DNA of 63,946 nucleotides, filler included, from Folioceros fuciformis (GCA_049999805.1; 8 parts of 8 records of this genome joined end to end with filler, not necessarily neighbours in it); one strand, 5' to 3'. Positions 50,228-63,061 are shown, numbered from the whole stretch's first letter. The notes: generated by a model not told the origin, from the letters alone. Program-made: numbers and translations.

Positions 50228-50378
50228 ACCACCATTTTGACATAGTCTCCCATAGGAACACCATTTTAATGTAGTCCCACATGGGAACACCATTTTGACG
50301 ATATTCCTAGATAGGAACACCATTTTGACGTAGTTCCCCATAGGAACACCATTTTAACGTATTCCCACATAGGAACCC
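50228..50378. repeat. Tandem repeat, 29-30 bp x 5
   Basis: accatttt starts at 50231, 50260, 50289, 50319 and 50348. Consensus is cataggaacaccattttgacgtagttccc. Confidence 0.9.
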
Positions 50379-51886
50379 TCTAGCCAAATTTACTTGTTGG
50401 GGAGCTAAAACAAGTTGGAAAGGTGTACTATATGGTACCATCTGATTCATCCGATGTTCTATCTGCACTAGATCCCTTTGCCAAGTTAAAAGAAATGCAC
50501 ACCTAAATCTTAGGGACATTAGATGTTGTAGGTTCATAACAACATCCATTTCGGGGGGTGTAAAAGAACTAGAGGCAATTAGAGCTTGGTTTGAGTCAAA
50601 GCAAGAATAATGAAATAATCCATAGTTTGAGCATGATGGTAGGAAGGAGGCCTCCTTCGTGTTTGCATTACCAAGGCACTGTAAGTAGATTCATAATAGC
50701 CTCCCTCATGCTTACATTGTGTTGCAATGCCTTGGTCTTATTGTTGTGACAACCACATTCATCATCACTTGCATCTTCGTTCACTTTAGGAACATTCATG
50801 TGGGTAACTTTGTTGTTACATCAAAATCAGACATAGTGGTTCTTCTGTATTTTTATGGAGAGGTTCTCCTACAAATTAGTAGCCATGGGTGAGTGCTCTC
50901 ACTTTACAAGGAAGAAAACTTATTGGGAACTTTAAAACTTTATGTTGACACATTGGGGGTAAACTAGAGTTGTGACTAAACTTGAAGGTGGACAACATGT
51001 TTGTGGTTGGGTTATGATTGGTAAGAAAATGATTTGTAGGGGCTTCAAGCTTCCCTTCTTCTTCAACTAAATTTGGAAACACCTTGCTTAAGTTTATTTA
51101 TTGTTTAGAACTTGTTTATTTTAACTATTTCTATTATTTATATCTTTAATTGTATTTGTAGTAACTAACTTCCAATAATCTTTCTAGTGTGTGGTATGAA
51201 TCAAGCTAGTTTATTTCATTATAGCCTGTTCATGGTTTAGGATTTAGAGTTCTTCATAGGATTTAGAGTTCTTCATAATAGGTACGAATGGAGAGAACAT
51301 CTTGTAAGATACATGTGGAACAATCTTTATCTTGTATATACATATACGTGTAGTGTAAAATTTTAAATAAAAATAAAGTCAAAAAATAGTTCTAGTCAAT
51401 TGATTTTTCTATTAAATGTATCTTGCTGCATCTATATATGAAGTTTGATAAAAATACACCCATTTTATATCTATTTAATAATTTAATAATTAATAAATTA
51501 AATAAAAATTATCCTACTATTCATAATATGAGTAGAAACCATCTACATGTCACAAAAGAAAACACAATTAAACAGAACTTATGGGAACGCCAAATAACTT
51601 TTTTTAATCAAATTTGCACTTATCAATCTCACTAGTCATATTAAAGTACTAAAAAATAACAAAAATTCTTAAACTCGGGTTGAGTACGATGGCTGGTCAG
51701 AATCCGAATTGCACCGTAGCATATAAAATTAAACGTTGCGCCCAATTTCAGAACAGAGTACACAAGCTGATGACAATGCGCTATCGTAATACATCCCCGA
51801 CACCAACCACCTGCATTTGTGAAGTTTCCTGAGTTGGACGATGTACAATGCTCCTCACCTACCCTGCTAGGCGGGCCAATGTCAGC

Positions 51887-52375
51887 TTATATGGAATCAT
51901 CGTCCGTGCCCCAGGCAGATGACCTAATCACGAAAAACCCAACCGTTGATCCAAGGACCACCGCAAGGAACACGCCCACATTGAATGACATCACGGCAAG
52001 CATTAGCAAGTATCCAAGGGCCACTCTCAATGCGTGAACCAGTGTTGCCGAAATCCGCTGGGTGGCACTTGCAAGCCAAGGTATCTTGGGCCTCTGCAGG
52101 GAGGCAATAGAAGTGGACCGCAAGTGGCGGGGAATCCTCGACTGGAGCGCTGTCAGACCTTCGTAGAGGAAAGCGGAAAGGAAGACAACAATGAGGGCCA
52201 CTACGTACTGAGACGTGTGAGTGGTGGTCCAGCTCCTTGCGAAGAGCGTCACGTTATCGCTCCACACAAACCACGACGATTGCATCATTGTCGCCATGGA
52301 AAAGGTAGATCCCGTAGTGGGAGCCATGGCTGTTCCTGGATCCATCGGGCCCTCCATGATCTCCTTCACAAACAT
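51887..52375 (-). CDS. COPT: COPT/Ctr copper transporter, intronless
   Basis: Met-rich N-terminus, VTLF..W, a first helix ending FLYEGL, and YLLMLAVMSFNVGVFLAVVLGSTVGF containing MxxxM and GxxxG. Confidence 0.93.
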   Translation of the reverse strand: MFVKEIMEGPMDPGTAMAPTTGSTFSMATMMQSSWFVWSDNVTLFARSWTTTHTSQYVVALIVVFLSAFLYEGLTALQSRIPRHLRSTSIASLQRPKIPWLASATQRISATLVHALRVALGYLLMLAVMSFNVGVFLAVVLGSTVGFFVIRSSAWGTDDDSI

Positions 52376-53491
52376 GAACAGCTAGCCAGTCACTTTGGCA
52401 TGAATAGCGAAATACACATCTTCTACACAGAACTCAGTGCTCGAGACTGCTAGCCTCTCCCACCACTGTTACACAGACTGACAAACGCATGTTTACCAGA
52501 GCAGCTCAGGGGTTGCAGTCGTTCAATGCTTCCCAAAAAGCTTCCACGAAGGTGCACAACAATCCCGAGGCATCAACTGGAATGGTATCGACTGGATGGT
52601 TCTTCTCAGCAGACTAGGGACGAAGCCGATACTCCAATTCTCGAGACTAGAGTCTTATGAATTAGAGGACAGTGACATGGGGCCTGGGTTCATCCTTGTG
52701 GAGCGCAGATGGACAGTCCCGATCTCTCGGCATTCCCAACATGACCCACCAATCAGCTATCTTGTCCCCACAGTGGTTGAGCGTCACGTCCGCTTCGGTT
52801 CTTCCGTTGCCGTGTGTGTCAACTCTCGGCACTTTTGTCACATAGCGGACAGTGTAGCAGGGCACCTGAATAATAGTGCAATATACCGTATCATGTGAGC
52901 AGGAAGCCTACCGATGCGAGATATTTTTCTGGCTAAGAGAAGGCTGCATAGGTGGTTCGGTGGGGCAACAAGACATCGTTACATCAGCAGAAGTATGTCC
53001 TGAAACACAAGAAAGCCAATAGCAACAAAACTGGACTCGTGAAGTAAGAGGAGAAAGGTGGTACCCCATCCTGCCGTCTAGCGCACAAAAGCAGACTGCC
53101 CACGGAGAACCATCAAGCATCTCGAAAGGTTACAATTGCTGTACATACACATACTCACCTCTCAGCAGTCTTCGAAAGCTTTATTAATCCTATTTACAGA
53201 GAGCCTTCCTCACCAGTCCTCAAACAACCTTGCACACAGCTGAAGAGACGACTTGACACGCAGGCAAGTGGCGCTACGCCAACTGTACCGATGGAGCATT
53301 TCCAATGATTGCCAAGGCAGCAATGGAGCACTTGAGCATGTTCAAAGCAAACCAAAACCCTAAATCTAAGGCATCGTCCGGCAGGCATTCAAGGCTCAAG
53401 GCTGAAGTCTCATCTAATTGCCTCTCTTCATCACCTGAAGAAAAGCATGTCCCTTGCACCCCTCCCTCAATTTCCAGCACCACGGTTTCGG

Positions 53492-53863
53492 TCACAGAAG
53501 CTTTTTGCTCTCCTCGAGATCCACGTCAGGCGCGGAAGCAGCCTCCTGCGCTCTGCTCTCCTCCAGCTGCTGTTTGAGCTTGCGCTTCTCGATGTTCTTC
53601 CTGGCCTTGGCTGGCAAAGCAGCTAGCCGCCGCTCCTCTTGCTGCCGAGCCCTCTCCTCCTTGTCATACTGCAGCTGCATCTCCTTGGCATGCCGCTTCG
53701 ACACGTAGTAGAGAAGAAGCACAAGCAGCCCGGCAGTCGTAGACGAGATGTGCTTGTAGTAAGCCAAAACACCAGGGACGATGGCGAGGAGCAGGATCCA
53801 GAGTTGCTGTCCCCTGCTATACCTAAAGTCGAAATTGAGCTTGAAGTTGATGTTGAGCTTCAT
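53492..53863 (-). CDS. Hypothetical small membrane protein with C-terminal coiled coil, 123 aa
   Basis: ATG-started ORF with two short hydrophobic stretches followed by an E/K/R/Q-rich helix. No family recognised. Confidence 0.5.
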   Translation of the reverse strand: MKLNINFKLNFDFRYSRGQQLWILLLAIVPGVLAYYKHISSTTAGLLVLLLYYVSKRHAKEMQLQYDKEERARQQEERRLAALPAKARKNIEKRKLKQQLEESRAQEAASAPDVDLEESKKLL

Positions 53864-54580
53864 CTTTCCAAGCTGTCTCCCAGATCCTACAGGCCACCCA
53901 AACTCTTCCTACTCTTGCGAGACAGTAATCTACAAGAGGCTGCCGCACATCATACCTTCAGGTCAGCTCCACTCCAATTACCCCACGTGTTCAACAACAT
54001 GTCCCGCGGCAGCGCCATGAAGCTGGCAGCGGGGCGAGTTCGATCAACGGAGTATCGGGGTGGAATCCCGCTTCCCGCGGCACCAGCAGGGCCTGGAAAA
54101 AGTGAGCATCACTGTCCGTGTCCTCCGTCAGACAGTACCTCGAAAGGGGCACATATGCAACGCCTGCCGGGCCTTTGGTTTAAAGTATCACGAAAGTACG
54201 CTTCCCAGTACAGTAGAAGAAGCATTAACATTGATCACTTTCCACACCGGTTGGAACAAATGAGAACACGGACTTTCTACACGAACCATGCGACGGCAGC
54301 TGTGACGCTGAAAACGTCATCAAAAGCCGTCCACACGCGAGCGGCACGCGATGCTTAGGGAGAGCTGGCAGGGAAGTCTAACCCAAATGTGTATATGTAT
54401 GTACATACCTACCTAAGCGTCATATCTGTCACGGGATTCGTGTGCGCAATTTTTACAAGTCGGATGTGATCTCGACTGACGTGGGCTGCCTCTGAGAGAA
54501 GCATCAGCAGAAACCTGTGAGCTGGAGAAGATTGCACTGCCACTTCCCCGACACTGGGAGCGGTACCGGAACAGTTGCGG

Positions 54581-56704
54581 CTACTTCCGGAGCCTTAGGG
54601 GCCGCATCATCTCGTTGTCTTCGTGGTCCAGAATATGGCAATGCCACACATATCCCGGCTTCCTGAAGGGGTCGAACCCGAACTGGTGGCCGTCCTGGGA
54701 CGTGAACCTGATGACAAACCTGGTGACCTCTTCCGGGTACGTAACCGCGGTGTCCTTCCAACCTAACTGGTGCCCGCGAGGTGCCTGCGCCGGGCCCGTG
54801 TAGCAGCTAGTGTTGGAAGGGAAGTCGGAGGCCAAATCGCAGGTGCCCGCGCTGTACGCGTCTGCGTTGAAAGGCTGCCGGTTGTGCACCTTGAAGCGCA
54901 CAAGGTGAAGGTGGATGGGGTGGGCGTCCTCTGTCAGGTTCACGATCTCCCATACCTCCGTGGTTCCGAATCGGGGTGTCTCCGTCACGGGCTCCCTCCA
55001 CCGCTTTCCCCCAAGCAGCGAGTAGATGGGGACTCCCGTGACCGGGTCGTCGAACTCCTGCATCAGCAGCTTCCGCGTGAGTACCGCCACGGCCGGGTCG
55101 ATGTCCAGGTCGTCCGCTGTATCCACCTCCTGGGGAACGTAGTAGTTCGTGCTGGAAGAATCCTCCACTGCGCATTTGCAGTTCCCACACCCACCCCCAA
55201 TCACTGTCTGTCTCTGTCTTGCAATCCTCATTGATGTGCTAATGAAGGGAGACAAAACATGCATTGCGCGAAAGCAACGCAGCTCACCTGACGATTGAGA
55301 CGGAGGCGGATGTACCACCGTGAACTTGATGATGAAGGTGGTCCCGGCGGGGCTGAAGGAGGGGTCGCCAGAGGGGAAGGGAGCAGGCGCCGAGTTGTTG
55401 AGGTACAGGACGGTGCCGGGGGGAAGGAGGGAGAAATCCACCACCACGTCCGCCCTTTCGCCGGGCGCCAGCGTGAGGAGGCTCACGTTCCTAGGCCGGT
55501 GTAGGTAGCCGCCGTCGGTGCCGATCTGGAAGAAGACCACCCGGGGGTCGCTGAAGAAGAGCTGGAGGAACCTAGCGTTGGCCGCGTTGAGGAGGCGGAA
55601 GCGGTAGCGCACCGGGAGGACGTCCAAGAAGGGCCAGACCTTGCCGTTGGCGACCATGACATCGCCGAAGTACTCCGGACACCAGCTGGGATGGACATCC
55701 GGGGCATTGCCGATGCTAGGGAAGTTGATGCTGCCGTTGGACCAGAAGGTCTTGTCCTGGAAGAGGACCGGGATGTCGAAGGTGCCCTGTGGGAGGCCGG
55801 GGAGCGGCTCCTCCCCCGGGGCGTCGCGCAGGAGATAGAATCCCGCCAGCCCGGCCAAGACGTTCAGCCGGGTAAGCCCCAGAGCGTGGTCATGGTACCA
55901 CAGATTGGTCGCCCGCTGCTCGTTCGGGTAGCGGTAGTTCCTGGTGTGGAAGGCCGGACCAGTTTCGCCACCCGCCGTCCACCACGCCTCCGGGTGGCCG
56001 TCGAACCTGCTGTCCGTCTCGCTGCCGTGGAGGTGCGGCACAAGGGGTACCCCGCCTTTTGCCGGCGCCGCCCAGTGGATGCTTCTGTCGATCGTGAGGA
56101 GATGGTGCCGGTCGCGGATGTGGTTGCTCCACTGGATGCGAGTCCGGACGTGCTTCGTCGCGTGCAGCGTCGGGCCCGGATAGCTCGCCTTCGCGCGGGT
56201 CGTCCCGTAGGCGTACAGCGCCGTAGGAGGCAGGTCCCGGTGCAGCTTCTGCGTCACAGGAAGGAGAAAAATAAATCCACACAACACTCAATCCCGATCC
56301 CAATCCCGCTCCAAGAGCCCGTGAGACCAGCAATGCAGCAAGGGGATCAGCTATGCCGCGGGAAAACACGCAATGCAGGAGGAAAATCAACCTCAAGCAG
56401 CGAGGCAGAGAAAGCTTTCGGCAACTCCATCACTCAAAGAGGCATGCATGTTCACGATATCTGGTGGCGACGCTTAGGAGCCAGGTAGCGAGCCTACCTG
56501 CGTGATTCTATATGCACCAATATTGACCCAGCGGCCGGCAGAGACGTTGATGGACGGAATGATCGGCAGAGCATCCACAAAAGGCTCCAACGGCGGAGAC
56601 GGATCCAGAGCTTGACAGGAGGACTGCAGACCTGCTGCCCCCCGCAGCACAGCCGCAAACGAAAGAAGTGCCAGGAACGAGGATCCGAGGAGCGCCATCT
56701 TCAT
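54581..56704 (-). CDS. LPR1: LPR1/LPR2-type multicopper oxidase, 3 exons (56704-56498, 56248-55288, 55167-54581), 584 aa
   Basis: Signal peptide, LEPFVDALP, copper ligands HLHG, WYHDH, HPIHLHL and WHCHILDHEDNEMMRP, plus W.PEYFGD. The introns are phase-consistent GT-AG. Confidence 0.93.
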
Positions 56705-59050
56705 GAGTGCCTCCTGCCGCTGGCGAGCGCAGGCACAAATTTATTTCCCCCTCATGAACCTGAAGAAACAAGAGCGGCCGGGCAAGAGGGTAGAGTGAGG
56801 AAAGAAGCAGGGAATGAAGAAACCAATCCCTGGCAGTGCAGACCAAACAAACAATCAGGACACAGGCCGTCCGACCGACCTCATGAACCACAAGCCTCAC
56901 AACTTTCAATCCTCCGGCGCTCTCAGAAATCAGTCTCCAGACCGTGGCGGATGGCGCAGAAATGGAGTTGTCTCCCGGCAATTTATGACAGAGTCCAACG
57001 GGTCATTCCCTCGGACATGGAATTGATTTACAGCCGAAGAGTCCTCCTCGTCAGGCTGTGAATGGAACAGTGCAACACAGAGAACAGTAAATGTCGAAAT
57101 CACGCACCAACCGCCTCAGCTTCGCTGGCCCCTTGACCTCCTATTCCCTATTTTCGTGGTCTCACTTGAACCCGAGGATGGCTTCGCAGCTCCATCGCCT
57201 TGACTAGGGTGAAGGGGCCGGCGCAAGGTCAACCTAGATATGTAGCCAGGCTCCGAAGCCACTCTTAGGTGCCAACGTATCTACACATTCCCCAGCTGCT
57301 AGGAATGGCATTGTGTCGAGCCGTTGCCGGCGCGCCAGCCAGAGGTTTCTGTGAAACCGACCAATAATACAAGGAGGAGACGCAGATTTAAAACCGCAAA
57401 ATCTTTGCAGCTTTGGTGCAGATGTGATTTCCATGCTCAGGTTGCAACATGCATTGATCCCGGAAACCTGCTTATCCTTGACTGGAGGCTTGGAAGCCGC
57501 AGGACGGGCCCTAACCAGAGAGAGCGTGCAGGTCCCACACGTTGCGTACCTCGGGAACGTGCCTGCGCGTGCCAGGCATTGGTTAGCCATAAGACACCAT
57601 CCGGTCAGCAAACGGAGTGCTGCGGCAGAGCTCTCTTGCTCTCTAAGCAAAGCTTGTCCATACAGACCAAACACGCTCCCATTCGTGCCGGACACCCTCC
57701 CCCTCCAATAATGTAGAGGACCGGTGGAGCTCACTGCTGGAGCATCTTCCAGATATTTTCCCCTCTTGCCGCCGCTCCATCCTGCTTCCTATTGCTGAAG
57801 ATGTCAACGTGACAGTGTGACGCCCCGTACAACTCGTTTTCTCTAACGTCCGGTGCATCACAAGCAGCAGGCAGAGCGCCTTCGCCTCGCAAGCCACATT
57901 ACGTGAAGCAACCGCTCGTGTAGCTGGCGAGTCATCGACCCTATGATCGCGAACTTGAACAGAAATCCGCACCAAACTGCGCCTTGCCGCACTTACCATG
58001 GAATTACGCGTCCTCCGATTCCGAACTGGTAGCTCACCAGGTGCAGTGACCATTCATCCGCCATTCCAGGCTTCAGCAGCTGCAGGCAACACCTCTGCCA
58101 AGTCCGATGCCCGACCCACCCTTGTTGCAAGCACACAGTAGAGAAGATCAGCAGGTGGAGCAAACTAGTGAACTGCATATGCCCCTCTTCGTGAAGCGCA
58201 AACACACCAGTGCCACCTGATAGGTCTTGCTCAATCGGTCGAGTTCGAGCCACTTTCTGGCGAGACAGAATCGAAGACATTAAATATGGGCATGGTGCAA
58301 GATCCGAAGATGATTCCAGACAGAAAGGTTGGTCGGTGTTCGTTCGCTGAGCGAAGAGCAGGAAGGAGTCAGACCATAGCGGTCGCATGTGTCTTGGGAG
58401 TCGCTTCGCCCGTACCTGGTCCTGAATCTTGGTTGTTACCGTCATTTTTAGCAGTTCAAAAACGTATCAATAAGAATATAGAGTTGCAGAGACAGGAAGT
58501 CTCGTATGTGTGTACCTACATCACCAAGGCGTTGGGAAACCCAGCGCGGGTTTTAAAATTACGTAGGTCTAGGCCAAACCAACACGACACACATTCAATA
58601 TAGTAACGCGGCTGTGAAGTACATAGGTATCTCTCGACTCACTGTTCTCTTCAAAAAGGCGTGGACGCCTTTTGCTTTGCTGCCAGAAGGTTTAGGCACA
58701 GCGCCCCAAACCGCCATGCAGGATATAAATTTTCCGTGGACTGGTTTCTCGCAGTTGGATCAGAACCGCGTCATATACAAGGCGTATCTAGCTGGTAAAA
58801 ATCAAAGGCTTTTCGGGATCTCTAAATTATGAAAAGCATAGGTAGTAAAGTAAGTATTTCACACGCTTCAACAATGGGGCTGGACCTTACTCCCCTATTG
58901 GTTTGAATCTTGATTTTGGGACAAGTATATATAACAAAGCAGTTCACATGCACTAAGACAACGATTCATACCCATTTAAGATTGAATCCAAGTTGCACAA
59001 GTTTTCCGAACTTGTATACTAAGTTCACTAATTCTTCAAAGCCTGAGCAG

Positions 59051-59150
59051 NNNNNNNNNNNNNNNNNNNNNNNNNNNNNNNNNNNNNNNNNNNNTTAATT
59101 AATTAANNNNNNNNNNNNNNNNNNNNNNNNNNNNNNNNNNNNNNNNNNNN
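59051..59150. other. Artificial scaffold-joining spacer
   Basis: N(44)-TTAATTAATTAA-N(44). Confidence 0.97.
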
Positions 59151-59173
59151 TCGAGATAGCGAAGAAGGCGAAG

Positions 59174-60442
59174 GTGACGCTTGGAGATCGAACGTTCGCG
59201 GACCGGCTGAGGCAGAAGTTTTGCGAGACGACGAGGGCGGAGAGCTACCGGGACAGGCAGAGATCGGCGCTGACGCTGTCGGTGCCGGCGGCATCAGGAT
59301 CGCCCGCGGCATGGCAGAGCTCGCCCCGGCTCAGTCCTTGGGGTTCGAAGCGGGTGTCCGGGCTCCCGAGCTCGCGCGCCGTGGCGCCTTACCCCTCGGA
59401 CGGCCTTCCGCTCAACGAGCATGACTCGGAGGACATGGTGCTCTACGGTGTGCTGGCGGAGGCGGCGGCGGCAGCTGAGGGATGGTGTCCGGTTCAGGTG
59501 CAGCCTCCCGCTCCGGCTGCGGCGCCGGCTCCGGCTCCACCGCCCGTGGTGCTCACGGCGAAGCAGAGGCACGAGCTTGAGCAGCAGGCTATGGTGGAGG
59601 ACATCATCCGGGAGGCGGAGGCAAAGGACGGGGGCGCGGGCAAGCTTCTCAAGCCACAAGGAGGGAACGCCAAGCCGCACTACCGGGGGGTGCGGAAGCG
59701 GCCGTGGGGGAAGTACGCGGCGGAGATTCGAGACTCCGCTCGGCAGGGCGCCAGGGTTTGGCTTGGGACGTTCGACACAGCTGAGCAAGCTGCTCGGGCT
59801 TACGATCGGGCGGCATCGAGCATGCGCGGCTCCCGTGCTCAGCTCAACTTCCCGGCTCCGTCGGCCTCCCTTCCCGCCACGACTGCGCAGCCGGCGCGGG
59901 NNNNNNNNNNNNNNNNNNNNNNNNNNNNNNNNNNNNNNNNNNNNNNNNNNNNNNNNNNNNNNNNNNNNNNNNNNNNNNNNNNNNNNNNNNNNNNNNNNNN
60001 CCCGAATCCTCCGCCATTCTCAACACCGGCAGCAGGTTTCGCTGCTCCAGGTCGGAGCCCGCGGAGCTGCAGCAGTTTATCTTGTGCCGGGAGCAAGCCA
60101 AGTTCCACTCTTTCCCTGGTGGACAAACTGCGGGCGGCCACCAGGAAGCACGGGGGTCAGAAGCGGGCCGCTCTGATTGCTCTCAGCCCTAGGCTGGTGA
60201 GCAGCAAGCGGTGCGCCACCAGCTCTGACGACACCAGCTCCGGCTCTGGCTCCGGATCCTCCTGCTTCAGTCTTGACAGCATCGGCAGTGAGCTTTGCGC
60301 CCCGTCGCTGTCTCACGGCGACCGTGTTGCGGATTTGACCTCCTTCTTCTCCATCCTGTCCCAGCCTCAGCACCAGCCTCAGCTCCAGCCGCCTCCATCT
60401 GGGGCTCTGGACTTGGCCGTCGTGGATCTCTGTATCATGTGA
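59174..60442 (+). CDS. AP2/ERF transcription factor, ERF group IX-like, probably 5'-partial
   Basis: AP2 domain [19 protein letters not shown]...[29 protein letters not shown], with an upstream [17 protein letters not shown] motif. The frame across the N-gap is assumed. Confidence 0.9.
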   Translation: MTLGDRTFADRLRQKFCETTRAESYRDRQRSALTLSVPAASGSPAAWQSSPRLSPWGSKRVSGLPSSRAVAPYPSDGLPLNEHDSEDMVLYGVLAEAAAAAEGWCPVQVQPPAPAAAPAPAPPPVVLTAKQRHELEQQAMVEDIIREAEAKDGGAGKLLKPQGGNAKPHYRGVRKRPWGKYAAEIRDSARQGARVWLGTFDTAEQAARAYDRAASSMRGSRAQLNFPAPSASLPATTAQPARXXXXXXXXXXXXXXXXXXXXXXXXXXXXXXXXXXPNPPPFSTPAAGFAAPGRSPRSCSSLSCAGSKPSSTLSLVDKLRAATRKHGGQKRAALIALSPRLVSSKRCATSSDDTSSGSGSGSSCFSLDSIGSELCAPSLSHGDRVADLTSFFSILSQPQHQPQLQPPPSGALDLAVVDLCIM

Positions 60443-60991
60443 AGATCCCGCTCTGCTCTTGTACTTGTACTCCCTTCCACATCCCTCCCAGAGCAATGCA
60501 CAGCCCTGGCGCCATGCTGCCATGGCTGCTTCCTTTTACAGCTTGTCAAGTTTTTGGACCTTTTGGCAGCCATGTGAACACGGTTTCCGCGTTTTTCTTC
60601 ACGCCTGCTTCCTGGCTCCACATACCTGCCCCTGACCCTGCCCCTGCCCCGTCGTCATTAGGTGGCAGCGGTCACGCAAGAGACCTTGCCAACTTGTACT
60701 ATGTGCACGAACACGCCTTGAGTATCTCACCAGTCACGAGTGCCATGCCTGCCTGCCTGCTGGACTTGTTGGAACACCTGTCACAACTGCGAACGATTGG
60801 ACGGGGCTTTGTAGGTGGAAGATCGGTGTGACTGTTCCCAAAGTTGGTCACTTCGTCCTTACGTGCTTCTATTTCACCTGTGGTGACTTGTGATAGAACA
60901 ACCCTTGATAAGATTCTCAAGAATCATAGATGTGTGTGTGATAGCTTTTCTTCTACAAAGGGTGTGGGAAAATGTAATTTTATTAAACAAC

Positions 60992-61085
60992 GGATCTTCT
61001 GTGCCATCTAATTGATAAGACAGAAAGATAGGAAGTGGGATCTGCTGTGCCATCTAATTGATAAGACAGAAAGATAGGAAGTGGG
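60992..61085. repeat. Tandem duplication, 46 bp x 2
   Basis: ggatct.ctgtgccatctaattgataagacagaaagataggaagtg at 60992 and 61038. Confidence 0.9.
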
Positions 61086-62364
61086 GCTTCGAGGAAGCAT
61101 GAAACGCATTGTAGTATTAAAGTAATGAATTGTAGCATAAAAGTAAATAAAAAATATTTGAACAAATTCTAGCATCGAAGTAAATAAGTATTTAAACAGA
61201 CTGTAGCATTTAAACAGACTGTAGCAATGGTCGTAAACAAATATTTTAAGAACCTAATCCTCTTAGTACGAGGCACTCTCCTTTGAGGATTCTATTTATT
61301 ATCCATTTTTATCTCTTTTTTTGTTCAAAATATTACTATGATACACATTCTTATTGTATGATTAGAGTATACATAATCATTTTAAAAGAAAACATAGACT
61401 ATATGAAATAGGATGTAATATGAAACTTTGAGTTAGAAATAGTCTAATACATATACATGAAGTGTTATTTTTTATTATTGAAAAAGAAATGGAAAGTTCG
61501 TCCCATCTACTCCAAATAGAGAGAATAACTCGAGCACGACTAAAAAGGGTAATAGCCTCTTAGAACATCATCCTCAAAAACTATCTACTGCTCCCAAAAT
61601 ATCATGATATGGAATAATGGAAGGCCTACCTTATTCTAGTGTCAAAGAAACCACCTAATACTTGTTGCTATTTTAAAAACTACTTTGGTCAATGCTCTTT
61701 GCAAAGCAATAGATAGATATGTGTTATGGAAAGAAGGTCATCATACAAGAAAGATGAGGACTAGTCAAGTCTCACTACAAAATTGTGCAAAAAGGGATTA
61801 AAAATGATCAAAATAGACTTTTTATACAAAATAAAATGAAAAAATAAATAAATAAAAATACGAAAAAAATAACTATAAAACCTTGAAGCCATGGCGTACA
61901 CAAGTTCACACCATTGCCTAGAAAACATGATGTTTTAGGGTTTTTTTTGCTTTTAGGATGTTTTTATCATTATACGCCTACAATGTGTGTTAGCTAGTTT
62001 ATGGAGTGCACTTGTGCGGCGCCAACCGGGTCATGGTACGCACAAATACATAGCAGCGAGGTCATGGTGCATACTCGTGAGTATGAACCCACTTAGAGTA
62101 AGAACTTGTGTGTAGTGGTTTGCTCCTAGTACAAACTTTTGTGCAACAATTGATCTTAGCACGGACTTGCAAATGCCTCTTGGCTTTCAACTTGCACTTC
62201 TATATACTAATAGATTGATTTAAAGGATTTTAAACATTAGGAGAGTAAAAAGATACCTAGAATTTGAAACCGTAGCCCCTTGATCAGTCGTTTCTAGAGG
62301 CGTTAAAGGTTGCTACAACATCTTGAACATCACTACAACATCTCTTCAACACTTAATGTTAAAG

Positions 62365-62464
62365 NNNNNNNNNNNNNNNNNNNNNNNNNNNNNNNNNNNN
62401 NNNNNNNNTTAATTAATTAANNNNNNNNNNNNNNNNNNNNNNNNNNNNNNNNNNNNNNNNNNNN
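62365..62464. other. Artificial scaffold-joining spacer
   Basis: N(44)-TTAATTAATTAA-N(44). Confidence 0.97.
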
Positions 62465-63061
62465 TTTGGCTGGAAGCAGAGCTAGGGGAGTCACGGCGTG
62501 CTGGCCGAATCCAGGCGGTGGCTGAGGATAAGCGGTTGAATCTGAGAGCACCCAGGCACGAATGGACTTGCACTTAGTGCACTGCAAACCAAGGAGAGCG
62601 GCTTGTTCCAAATCCCGGTCAAACCAGGTGCAGTGCAGATCAACTGACCCCATCGGCAATTCTGTATGGTCGTTCCTTCGAGCTGGACAGAATGGTCTCG
62701 ACTGGATCTAGCAGCCGAAGACTGGCCAGATGGCTGGTTGGACAGCCANNNNNNNNNNNNNNNNNNNNNNNNNNNNNNNNNNNNNNNNNNNNNNNNNNNN
62801 NNNNNNNNNNNNNNNNNNNNNNNNNNNNNNNNNNNNNNNNNNNNNNNNCGTCTTCCCCCTATAACAGCCGAGTAGGCGGCTGCCTAGGGGGAAGACAGGG
62901 GAGTGTCCCGAGGGACACTCCAAGGATGACAGCCTGACATTGAAACACTGGTTGTAGGCTACTACCAGGCTATCTTAGGGCGTGGGGATGGCGTTGGGGG
63001 GGGGGGGGGCGTGGAGTGCCCCACCCAAGCATCGAAGGCAAGGGTAGTATGTCCCCTATAC

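Noticed and set aside
50228-50378. 29-30 bp periodic repeat as a CRISPR array
   Set aside because: The units are head-to-tail with no unique spacers, there are no cas genes, and the context is eukaryotic.
54770-56488. Long plus-strand ORFs antisense to LPR1
   Set aside because: They are shadow ORFs caused by high GC at third codon positions, with no recognisable motifs.
58175-58182. P1BS motif (GCATATGC) about 1.5 kb upstream of LPR1
   Set aside because: A single match to a motif with six fixed bases is expected by chance every few kb.
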